The position numbers and the translations under genes were made by a program. 64,000 bases of DNA from Oikopleura dioica (lineage: Eukaryota; Animalia; Chordata), in NCBI GenBank assembly GCA_907165135.1, contig OU015569.1, forward strand, positions 4,588,001 through 4,652,000. Reading direction: 5' to 3'. The notes beneath the pieces were generated by a model. That model had not been told where the DNA came from. It was given only the letters and a program-made list of their open reading frames with translations, and searched no databases. Shown here piece after piece: positions 9,983 through 20,455 of the stretch; the first letter of the stretch is position 1; every line of letters begins with the position of its first letter.

Positions 9983-10483
9983 ATGATCAACTCTGAAAAA
10001 GCAAGTCTGGGAAGACTAAACGAAGCGCCAAAACTCCATCTTGAAGCCGCAAAGATTTTGAAAAAAGCGATTTCCAAAACCAACAGCTCCAACTCCGACC
10101 TCCTGATTAACCAAATAGATGGTGGGGCGTCAACTCTAGCCATAGTCCAAAGAAGAAACCAATTAAAAGCCCTCTTTCCGGGTCGCATCAGCACCCAAAC
10201 AAATGGCACTATCTCACCAGAAGTTAGTGAAACTAACCCAATAGAATGGGCTGCGAAAATCCTCACTAGACGGGGGAAACCCTTATGGAAAATCACTAAA
10301 GTGGAATCGACGACTATTCTCACCAAGCAATGTGGATTCCAATGCCGGAAGAACAAATTGGGATGTTTTGGTGCCTCACTAGCGCTGATATCTCCGGACC
10401 TGCGACTTGCACATAAAAGCTGTGAATCCTACTGCTCGACAGGTGAAGAGGAAATGGTCACGAAATTGGAGAACGATGAGTAA
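9983..10483 (+). CDS. Novel 166-aa protein with Cys/His-rich C-terminal half
   Basis: Intact ORF containing QCGFQCRKNKLGC...AHKSCESYC. Acceptor candidates TCTTGCAG (9960) and CATTCAAG (9974) lie upstream of the ATG. Confidence 0.65.
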   Translation: MINSEKASLGRLNEAPKLHLEAAKILKKAISKTNSSNSDLLINQIDGGASTLAIVQRRNQLKALFPGRISTQTNGTISPEVSETNPIEWAAKILTRRGKPLWKITKVESTTILTKQCGFQCRKNKLGCFGASLALISPDLRLAHKSCESYCSTGEEEMVTKLENDE

Positions 10484-10810
10484 CACACAATACGATAACG
10501 CTGCTGAAGCCGGGCTGGAACCCGAAAGATCGACCTAACTTACATTACTTCCTTAATTCCTGCATTTCCGCCTCTTTCAACTTACTATACTCTTACTACT
10601 TGTTTGCCCAGTTAATGTGGAACTAAGATTAAACTTTCTTGCGAACCGAATACACCACTCAAATGTCTTTACTCTTCCTATGGCTCGTGAACCTTGAGTT
10701 TGAAATGCTGAACTAATAGTGTCAAGAAAATGCATAATCCTACTCAATGTTAATGTTCTGGTTTGCTACTTGATCTTGCAAAGGCTTGGCTTGTTATATT
10801 TTCTTTCGAG

Positions 10811-10841
10811 TTTATTGGGTTCTTCTTAGCTTTTCAATAAA
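10811..10841. terminator. Opposed polyadenylation signals of two convergent gene arrays
   Basis: TTTATT at 10811-10816 (AATAAA on the minus strand) and AATAAA at 10836-10841 (plus strand), in an AT-rich, ORF-free spacer where the strand bias flips. Confidence 0.55.
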
Positions 10842-10998
10842 ACGGCAGTTCTTGCATCAGGGAAACAGAGAACGCAAAAGAGGAGAAAGGTGAAGGGGGA
10901 TTGGACTGTTGAGAGGTGCAGGGTTCAGGAATGTTGTTTCAGTAGTTTTCGTGCAGGGTAGCGGAGTTGTGAAGGCGAGGTGAGGCGGAAGGGATGAG

Positions 10999-12022
10999 TC
11001 AGCACTCGAGGTCGAAGGAGCGCAACTTGGCGAGGAGAGCAAGTCGTTCAGCAGGCGTCATTGGAAGGACCAAGTTGGCTTTGAGGATCGCCAAGCGTGT
11101 AGCTGAAAATCACTGGTCAACAATTGAATTACTTCGCAAGCGGAAAGCTCCATCAAAAGTTTAACTTACAGTACTGGGCGATTCGGGCACACTGCTTTTG
11201 GAAGTTGTAACGCTTCTCATGAGATTCGGGGGAGTACCAGGTGTTCCAGGAGTCGTCGCATTCTTGGATCTGCAGGTCGATTGGGCAGCTCAGCATCTCC
11301 AGACCAAAGTGATGAAGCTTGACCTGAGAGCGAATGGAGGACCACTCGTCGAAAGAGTTCACCCCAAGATAAGTCCATCTTGGATCAGTCTGATTCCTGA
11401 AGGAAGGATTGACCAGGGCGTCGATGAGGAGATCCAAGTCGAACTCCGCGTTTTCGCAGACTTCTTTCCAGCATTTATTGAAGAAAAGTCGGGATCGAGG
11501 GGAGGAGTAGCTGACCGGAGCCTGGCAAAGATGCTGGGATACGTTGGTGCGGTAATCGGCTCCACAAATGATGTTGACGTTGGGGTTGTTCTTGAGCCAT
11601 CGTCGAAACTCACCCACAGTGAAAAGGTGACCCTTGCCGGTGCGGATGTTAATCGCACCATATTGTATGGCGAGCTCTGGGTTCACATTATTCTGAACCA
11701 GGGTGTTGATGTCCTCGGAGATGGCCAAGCCAAAAAGAGCGAAAACTCGCTGGCAAGGTGGAGGAGGAGGAGCAGCCGAGTTGGTGATCGTGACCAGTTC
11801 GCGCCAGATCGAAGTCATTTTGGCGGACATCTCAGCGAAGGTCTGGGCAGAGGTGTTGAGGAGGACGCTTTGTGAAGGGCTAAAGAGAAGGTGCCGGTAA
11901 AAGGGCGGGAGCTGGTTGTGCTCGAGGTCGTGATTCTGGAAGGGAGCGAGCTCCCCTTCGCGCCACTCCTCAGGGAAGTCACCGAGACAATTAGCATCGC
12001 CGAGAAGCTTGAAGTGAACCAT
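10999..12022 (-). CDS. Novel 318-aa protein, predicted complement(join(10999..11102,11170..12022))
   Basis: ATTTTAG acceptor lies 7 nt upstream of ATG 12022. A canonical 67-nt GTAAGT...TTTTCAG intron (11169-11103) replaces the ORF end with STRLAILKANLVLPMTPAERLALLAKLRSFDLEC*. Total 957 nt = 319 codons. Confidence 0.7.
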
Positions 12023-12145
12023 TCCGAATCTAAAATATATGAGGGTTAGAACCTGAATACTTCCAATCTAAGGCTAAATAGAACTCAAGAATTGAATAGT
12101 TCCCATTTAGGGATACATCATAAAGGAACAGGTGAATTAAGAAAC

Positions 12146-12328
12146 TTAGTAATCTGACAAGCGAAAGAGCGTCTGATGCAAAGGGAAACTGGTTAAAACA
12201 TAAGCTAAAGGACCAAAATCAACGAGGAGCATTTGACGAAACTCAGGAAATTGAATGGCGAGGGAAGCGAGGAAACTCAGCAGCAGTGAGACGATAATCG
12301 ATCGACTGGTCTGAATCAAATTCGTCAA
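12146..12328 (-). CDS. Possible small hydrophobic ORF or exon
   Basis: 60 codons containing SIIVSLLLSFLASLAIQF. No ATG start, so it would need splicing. Confidence 0.25.
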   Translation of the reverse strand: MTNLIQTSRSIIVSLLLSFLASLAIQFPEFRQMLLVDFGPLAYVLTSFPLHQTLFRLSDY

Positions 12329-12377
12329 AACAGCACTCTAGTGCTCTAACTAACCAGTATCCTATGGCGAAGCAGAT

Positions 12378-13181
12378 TTAGCGGCGAGGTGAGCATCTCC
12401 GTTGGGTCTGAGTGCCTCGGGAACGTCGAACTCGAGAAGTAGGTAATGGCTGAGTAGTAACCGCACCTTGATAAGAATATCTGCGGGGACCTAAGTAATT
12501 AAAGATAAGTATGGAAACTCGGAAACTGTAGCTCTCACCGGTCTGGGTTGCCTGATCGAGGTAATAACGCTCCGGAAAGAATCGTAGGGGTGCACTTAAT
12601 CGAGAACGTCTTGCATTTTCAGCCGATTGGAGTCGTAGGGCTCCGGGGGTGAATAACACCGTCTCTTCACGAGAATTCCTTGGTGTAGCTGATGCCCGGC
12701 CGGAAGCTGAACTTGACTCTTCCTCGTTGCTGTCGGAACAGGAAGAACTGGAAGAACTGGAAGAACTGGAAGAACTGGTAGAACTGGAAGAACTGGAAGA
12801 AGAAGACGAGGGCCTAAGTATCTGTTAAATTGGTGCTTCCCTTGACTGTACCGAATGGAAATCCAAGAGCCCCCACTAAAATAATATCCTCCAAACCCTC
12901 ATCTCTACTCACATTTGATGTCGCCGTCGATGAGCTAGAGGCATAATGCTAGCCCAACCGTTTTGAGCTGCATACTCAATACGATCTTCCCGGACCGAGT
13001 GGTATGGGCTACCATCGTAATGGATGACTCCAGGTGCAATGGCAGGATATCGCTCTGGAACAGCGCTCATAATGCCATACTGGCGGGCATACTCGAATCT
13101 CTGGCGCTCTGGTAATCGCAAAGTATCGAAGTGTGGAACTTGAGTAGTGGCTCGCTCATCATCATCGTCAGAAAAACACAT
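12378..13181 (-). CDS. Novel spliced gene (exon structure ambiguous) with an internal repeat and Arg-rich C-terminus
   Basis: CTTACAG acceptor lies 5 nt upstream of ATG 13181. GTGAGT donor at 12912. Several downstream acceptors are possible. An in-frame 48-nt GTGAG...TTACTTAG intron candidate lies near 12.49-12.54 kb. Confidence 0.45.
12741..12800. repeat. 9-bp tandem repeat (GGAAGAACT) x6 plus partial
   Basis: Read directly; one unit is the variant GGTAGAACT. Confidence 0.95.
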
Positions 13182-14624
13182 TTGATCTGTAAGTGTTTGC
13201 GGAGCAAGTGCGGAGCAAGTGCGATGATTCTGAAGGCTTCTGCCGATCCTGCTTTTCGTGGGCGCGTGGGCTGCTTAGCGCCACCGCTATGAGCCATTCA
13301 GAGTTGCGCGTGGACTCAGGTGAGAACTACTCACTGCTAATGATTCAGCTCATCTCGGTTCGATCCCTGCTCAACTCGGTACGACTTGCTAACTCATCTC
13401 AATGTCACAAAAACTCCCGGCCCTGCATTAACAACCTAAACCTGCTGAAAGAACGAGTTGACGGGGAGAACTGGAGCGGCTCAATCAGCAATAAGCTCTT
13501 TCACAGATCTCCTCGGATTCAATCAAATTAACGCAACATAAACTGTATTAGTATATTTCTTTTCGTAGTGGTCCAGAATCATATATGTATAACTTTATTA
13601 AAACTAATACAATCTATTCCTAAAGCGAACATAGTGGCATAATGAAGTCAAAAGGCACTCGCGATCCCCAATTCCTTCTTCAGTGCTGCGGCACTCCTCC
13701 TGCTCATTTGAAGCAAGGGTTAACTCTGCAAGGCCTGGTGCTAGGCAGAGTGGACTCACATTGCGGATTTGAGCTTTTTTCCTCCATGTCGGCGAGTGGT
13801 CTACGGACCCGACCCGCTTCTACGCTGCAGTCGGTCTGCTGTGGTGGTTGGATGGTTGGACTGGTATTTCTCCGCTCATTTCGCCTGGACCGGTCCACAA
13901 TTCTGACGCCCTGTGCTTTAACACATTCCTTCTGTATCTTTTACTGCTCGTACATCGTTAATGGTTCTTTTTACCTGCAAATAAATTATAATGAATTGAA
14001 AAAATTGAAACGGAAAATGAGTTTGGCTATTGGTATTTATCAGGCGGCGCGTGCGCTTGATCTTATGGCGTTTTGTAACGAGAAACGCATTTCCCCAAAC
14101 AGCCCCAGACTCGCCCTTTGATTATCATAGGCGTAGACTTTGACCCGTAAATTTCAAAGATTTCGATAAACACCCTTCCCAAACAAATATTTAAAAAGAT
14201 CAGTACTAAACGCGCCGCCGGAAAATATACTAATTCGCAAGCAAACGCATTAATTAGGCGCCAAAAACAAAAATACGATTTCTGCGATTTGCTCCGCCGC
14301 CTGCATCAGAAAATTATTGGACGGGGGGCTCTGATCAATCATTCCGTGTCACTTACTCTTTCGTAAATCAAGAAGATGTGGCACATTGTCCAGCTGCAAC
14401 AGAAAATTAGACCCCTAAATGAAATATCATCGCGCTGAATTCCCCTTTCAAACAGACACCTTTTCAATTATTCACACATCGGATTATTTTCGGCTCTAAC
14501 TTATGAGCAGATGATGATCAACTATTTGGTAGCAAAATTACAATGCACCGATTTTTTAGCTTGAAGAAAAAACGGCAAGCCGCTTGCGGCTTCATGAAGA
14601 AATAAACACAGGAAAGCCGCGCTT

Positions 14625-14650
14625 TAACCTAACACTAACCCTAACCCTAA
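14625..14650. repeat. Short degenerate telomere-like (TAACCC)n tract
   Basis: TAACC TAACAC TAACCC TAACCC TAA. Confidence 0.7.
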
Positions 14651-17511
14651 TTTTCTGTAAAAAAAATGATTGATTTGACTTTAGAAAAGAAAGATGAATT
14701 ATCGCAACTTTGGGTGCAACTAAGAAAGACCCGAATGTAATAATTAAAAAGATAATTGTAGAAATAAGAAATGGGAAACGAGTTGACTCGGGCTTGTCAT
14801 ACTTCTGACCGGTTAATGGTAGTATTTTGGCGAATTACGTGTCACGTGTTTGATTTATTTGCCGAAATTAGATGAAAGTAGCATCACGTGATCGCCCTTT
14901 CTCACCCGTTTTGATCTTTTTATGATTTTTGGATTTTCGCGATTTTCTTGAGGCCGGAAATTTCGACACCCTTTCTCACGTGTCCATAAAGCCAGCCGAA
15001 GCACCGCGACGTCCGATCGACAAATTTACCTTTGAAGTCGCCACGAATTACAAAAAAAAAACTACTTTTGCAATTTCAAGCTGCTTCGTTTCGAGCAAAG
15101 GCCATTGTGGGCAAATAAGGGCTTTATCCAGTTATGTATTTAATTGGTCTGTATTTGGCGGTGCAAAGGTGGTCGTATCATCTCAAGTTGAGGTGTAATT
15201 ACTGGAGAGGCAGGTGATGATATTGTAAAATCACGCTGGCGGTGGCGGAGCCTCAAGAAATACTCACTCGGTGATAACCTTTTCCAGTGGCACCAAATTA
15301 AGCCGGACGACAGCCGCTGCATATTCGATAACGGATAATATTGCTCCACCGTCTGACACTGCCTCCAAAAACAATTTGTCATTATCTGTCAAAAATATTC
15401 TGCAAATTTGCATACACCAGGTGAAACCTTTTTGCAATAATCACCATCATTCTTACACCGCCGAAATTTTCTTGATATGATTTAATTCGAAGACGATACA
15501 AACAACTAATGAAGCGAAAGAAACAAAATAGAGTCAATCAGTTGACAGAAAAAAAGAATAATCAAGGAAGCGTATTTTGGAAGAAATTTGTTATTGAGTG
15601 TCTACTTAATCAAAAGTTGCGTTTTTCTAATTTTGAATATTTTTGGTCAAAGAGGCTGGATGTCCAGCGCGGGGCTGGGCCGACATTTTAATGCATATCC
15701 GAAAATGATTTTGCGATCGAGGCCCGCCCAGCTAAGAATGTCAATCAATGAATATACAATCCAGGGAGCTTCCACTCGCACAACAAATCGTCTAGGCTCA
15801 GTACAAGGGACATACATCGCCAAGCTGATTTTCCAACGGACTTTTCTTTCTTCCAACATTTTGATCTTATAAACATGCCCCTCTAATGTCTTCTTAGAAA
15901 ATTTCATCGTCAGAAAGTCTGCTCGAAATTATACAAAATCAGCCTCATTTGAGCAAGTTTTAGAAGGGCATATTTCTAGTTGTGTTTTGTTGAGGGAGCG
16001 GATTTCCATTATATGTGTTTATATATTTGGCCTCGGTGGTTGATAAATTCAAATCTGCAACAATGTGCCTCGCAAAGCCGCTTATCTTCCATTTTGCATA
16101 AATCGTTTATTTGAGCCTTTTATATTATTTGTTTTATGCGAGTATTATGAATTATATTGGGAAAGTGTGAGATTCGAACTGCTGCGACAGATTGGCGGGC
16201 GGCGCGCAACTAATATTTAGCAGTTACTGAATTTAATAAGCTTAGTCCGTTTGTTGTGAGCCTCGATGCCAACTCAAGTCAATCGAGAATCAATCTTGAG
16301 AAAGAATAGATCCGGCTACTGTTCTAGCGGCGAGCGAGGAGCCGGCAAACAAGAAATCTTTGAATCGCCAGTTTATGTTCGATTACTTGCCTTCTGCTCG
16401 CCTCGCTAGAATTATGATTCAAGCTTATTTTCGACCTTTGATAGGTTCTTGTGACCTTTGAGTCTCATTCTCATCTTTTATCCTGAGCTAGCGTCTCAGC
16501 TGCGTTGTCGCGCCCGGCTATCGCCTAATTCGAACAAGCTCAGCTGCTTCCCACTCTCTGTAAAAGCACATTGACGACAAAACGGATAACACCATTTCTT
16601 CCGCTACACCTGCTTAGCCTTCCTCTAGCAAAAAAAAAGACAGAAAACGCGATAATTTCAAAAAGAAAATTTTCAATTTTGAAATCAACTGAATAAAAAA
16701 ATAGTTGTTTTATTAGCATCTGATCCAGATAGTAATGTAGTAGCAAGCTTTCGCTTAACGAAGAGTTTGAGGTGCGTAACACAGCTGAAAATAAATGGTA
16801 TAATTGATGACATGTTTCTATCAAGTGGGAATTTACCTCGTTTCTTTGCCTTTCGGACTTGCTACTTCCAAGAGCAAGAAGTGAATGAAACTTATTCAAC
16901 AACATTGGCCGCTGAGGCCTAGTTCTAGAAGCGATTTGGATGTTACTGACTGTCTCTCGATGAGGAGGACAATAAAATGCGCTTTCTGAGAGCTGAGTTG
17001 TCGGTGTTAGTAAGCATGATGTGAAGCGACTCGTAAAGGTCGTATATTTGAATCAAAGGTCGGTTAATACGCGCATGTCACTCAATTCTTGAGATAGTAG
17101 GTAGATCAGCCTAAGACCTGCCGGTGACATTTAGCCTATATGGAATGCTACGACTGACACCGACACTCACCTTTCAAAATGCTGGCAAAAAGAGTTACTT
17201 ACAAAAGTAGATTTACATCTGTTTTTTATTTGTTCTAGAAAAGTCATTACATACTGCAATATAACTTAGTTATAAATTAAACAAAGAAACGGAAATTTGT
17301 TGCGTTAGTAAATGTGCGACTATGATACGCTACATAGAAGGTAGCAATTAGGATGTTTCGCTAGTTAGACGAAGCACTAGCTTTATCGGCCACAAAGGGA
17401 TTCAATCTCATAAGTGCCCTATCACGGAGGAATGTATTTTGAGGTTTTTGGAAAATGGGAAAAGGAATTTATTATCAAGCAAACAGGTGTGGATAACAGC
17501 TAGGGATGATT

Positions 17512-18193
<682 letters not shown>

Positions 18194-19498
18194 ATCAACC
18201 GGCAAAATGCAGGCTCTCTTTTTTCTCGCCACCGATTTCAGATCTACTTTCGCGTCAACGGACTTTTTCTCAACAACAAATCTTTTTTCGTCGTCGCCCG
18301 CGCCAAACAGCCATTTTTCAAATTATAGGTCGCAGAAAAAGAGAACAACCGGTTATTCCTTCTTTTTACAATGCCCTACTTCAAGTTCAATTCAGTCAAT
18401 CATTGATTTTTAATTAGCTTATTTATTGAAGAATGATTAGTCGAATCTTCCTTCGATCAGGCCGTCGAATGCAAAGTGTCTCTCCTCCAAAAAGCGGTGG
18501 CCAAGCGGGTCCGCTTTCCTGGCCGGCCAAGGTCACAGGCAATCCTGCGCCCAAAAAGTTCGTCACTTGCAAGTCGTCTTTTTCAATACATATATTTTTA
18601 GACCGGCGAAAAAAAGCGGTTTCTTCCCTTCGCTTCGAAAGAATCTCCTGGCTGACCAAGAAAAAAATCTTCTCAAGGCAGAGCAAAATCGATGGTTTCC
18701 ATTTCTCAGGAACAGTTCTATGCAATCTTAAATATAAAGTGAACGAAATATTTTAAACTTAATTTTTAAATTTTAAATAGATTCGACATAAAAGTAACTT
18801 TTTCGAAGAAAATCTCAAGATGAGTCGCCTTCGCCCTCGAAAACGACCTATTCCGTCAAGACAAACCAAAAAGACAAAGAAGATGATCTTGTCGTTTGGT
18901 GAATATTTCAATATTTTAAGTTGCAGAATCTTTCCCATTTTAAACTGCCAATAAATTCAATAAACATACTGTCGTCGTCCGAGAAAACTCATTGATCTGA
19001 GATGCCAATTTACTGTTCAACTTGCAAAAAGTCATTTAGAAGAAATGCGAAATAATAGCAGAAACTGGGCAGTGGGATGATAAACATTATTCTTAATTCG
19101 CTGGGTCAATATTTAATCAGATATATTACACGATGCATAACTGACGAGGCTAAATTGTCATATTGCATAAAGGATTGTTATTTGTCAACTCTATCGAACA
19201 AGAAGTCCTGAATCTTTTATTTCTTGGAGCGTTCAGAAAGCTTCCAAAATTGCGGATTTCGAAAAACCACACTCAACGCTTTCCACAGCAATAAAGATGT
19301 TTTTGAGCTCGCTTGTAAAGAGAAGAGGCACCCAAGGACACTCTTTCCCATCAGGTGATACTTCAATACCTATATTTTCTGGTTAATGAAATTTGCTTTC
19401 ATAAAATCTAATTCATAAAACATTTCTTTACAGAAAGAACGGTAAGTTATGAGCAGAGACGCACGCCGACAACAACGAAGAAGAATCGAGGACCAAAG

Positions 19499-20455
19499 AT
19501 GCTCAACCCGTATGAAGTGAAACTTTCTCCGTGGCGTCGATTGTGGGTTACCATCCGGGTTTCTGGTCTAGAATAAGATACATAAATCACAGCTTAGATT
19601 TTCATTCGATGCCTTTTGAGAACCAGCGTATAGTCGCACGAGTCGAGCCAGATCATCATGGCTTCAACGATGACACTAACCATCTTTTCGATGATGTCTC
19701 TTATTTGGGTAAGTCGACATGTTTAGCAAGCGTAAAATGTCTGATTTCAGACATCTGTTACTGTCATTCCGTGGTATGTCTCGAGAGACTACGCGGAAGA
19801 CTCCTGCAAACTCGTCTCTATTCAAGGCTGGCCGAAGCGCTGCGAAATTCCAAGGAATTCATCCCATCTCATAGGAAACCGTCTGCAATTATAATCACTT
19901 AGTTTGATTATAAGCAAAATAATAGCTGATTTCAGATACCATTTAATGAACGGGTAATAAGAAAGCCGAAAATGCTCGGAACACATTTGTCTGCAAGTTC
20001 ACGTATCGAGTGCCAACTCATCCGATCATATCATCCTTGGCGACGAGCTAGAGCTGGCAGGCCTTTGTCAACCAAATTGCACCAAAGCCTTTGCAGGACG
20101 AACTAAATGCAAGACTTTTCTTTCAGAAGTAAGCAACACCTTATATTGAAAGATAAAAAATAAACAAACATCAATTCAGACGCTTCCGATGGTCAAGCAA
20201 ATAACGGATACTCCCAGCTTCACTTGCTATACAAGCTTCCTGGAGAGCAAGTATGCACTCAAAAACAAAATTTACAAGAAGCCATTTCCTTGGAGGGTCA
20301 TCTTCTCGATCGTTATTCCAGTTTCTGGAACAGTAGTAAGTGATCCTCGTCATCGAAATAAACAGAAATAACTCTACTTCTAGTGCGGAGTAGGAGGAAT
20401 GCTGATCTTCATCTGTCAAAATAGAGGTTCACTCCTTTCCCTGACAAAACTTTGA
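19499..20455 (+). CDS. Two-TM protein resembling BK-channel beta subunits (KCNMB-like)
   Basis: TM1 IMASTMTLTIFSMMSLIW-TSVTVIPWYVSRDYAEDSCKLVSI; CLQVHVSS; SFTCY...ALKNKIY; TM2 VIFSIVIPVSGTV-CGVGGMLIFIC. These follow the order and Cys spacing of KCNMB as I recall it. Start uncertain. Confidence 0.55.

Larger units (their letters stand above)
1..13550. mobile_element. Candidate giant multi-ORF non-LTR element or LINE-associated gene cassette (both boundaries uncertain)
   Basis: Long, nearly intron-free ORFs with no host-like homology that I recognise (except RING). Coding strands look C/A-rich by eye, and the bias flips near 10.85 kb. Texture changes to AT-rich, micro-intron host DNA after ~13.5 kb. 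No TSD or poly(A) tail was identified. Confidence 0.45.

Noticed and set aside
11198-11875. 225-aa plus-strand ORF overlapping the 289/318-aa minus-strand gene
   Set aside because: Val/Gly-rich antisense shadow of a C/A-biased coding strand; it has no ATG start or acceptor, while the minus-strand model has both.
12741-12800. Regular repeat considered as a CRISPR-like array
   Set aside because: Head-to-tail 9-mers with no spacers, in eukaryotic DNA.
1-13550. Interpretation as a prokaryotic retron/defence operon, or as an LTR/Polinton element
   Set aside because: The RT is APE-linked LINE type and the genes carry spliceosomal signals; no integrase, protease, DNA polymerase B, ATPase, LTRs or Shine-Dalgarno pattern was recognised.
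13193-14121. Plus-strand ORFs of 112 and 159 aa at the cassette's right edge
   Set aside because: No motifs, weak start context and conflicting overlapping frames; cannot distinguish them from UTR or promoter sequence.
15140-15480. Fragmentary frames including LSVIEYAAAV, faintly like a LINE RT C-terminal motif
   Set aside because: Only one short motif amid many stops; not enough to call.
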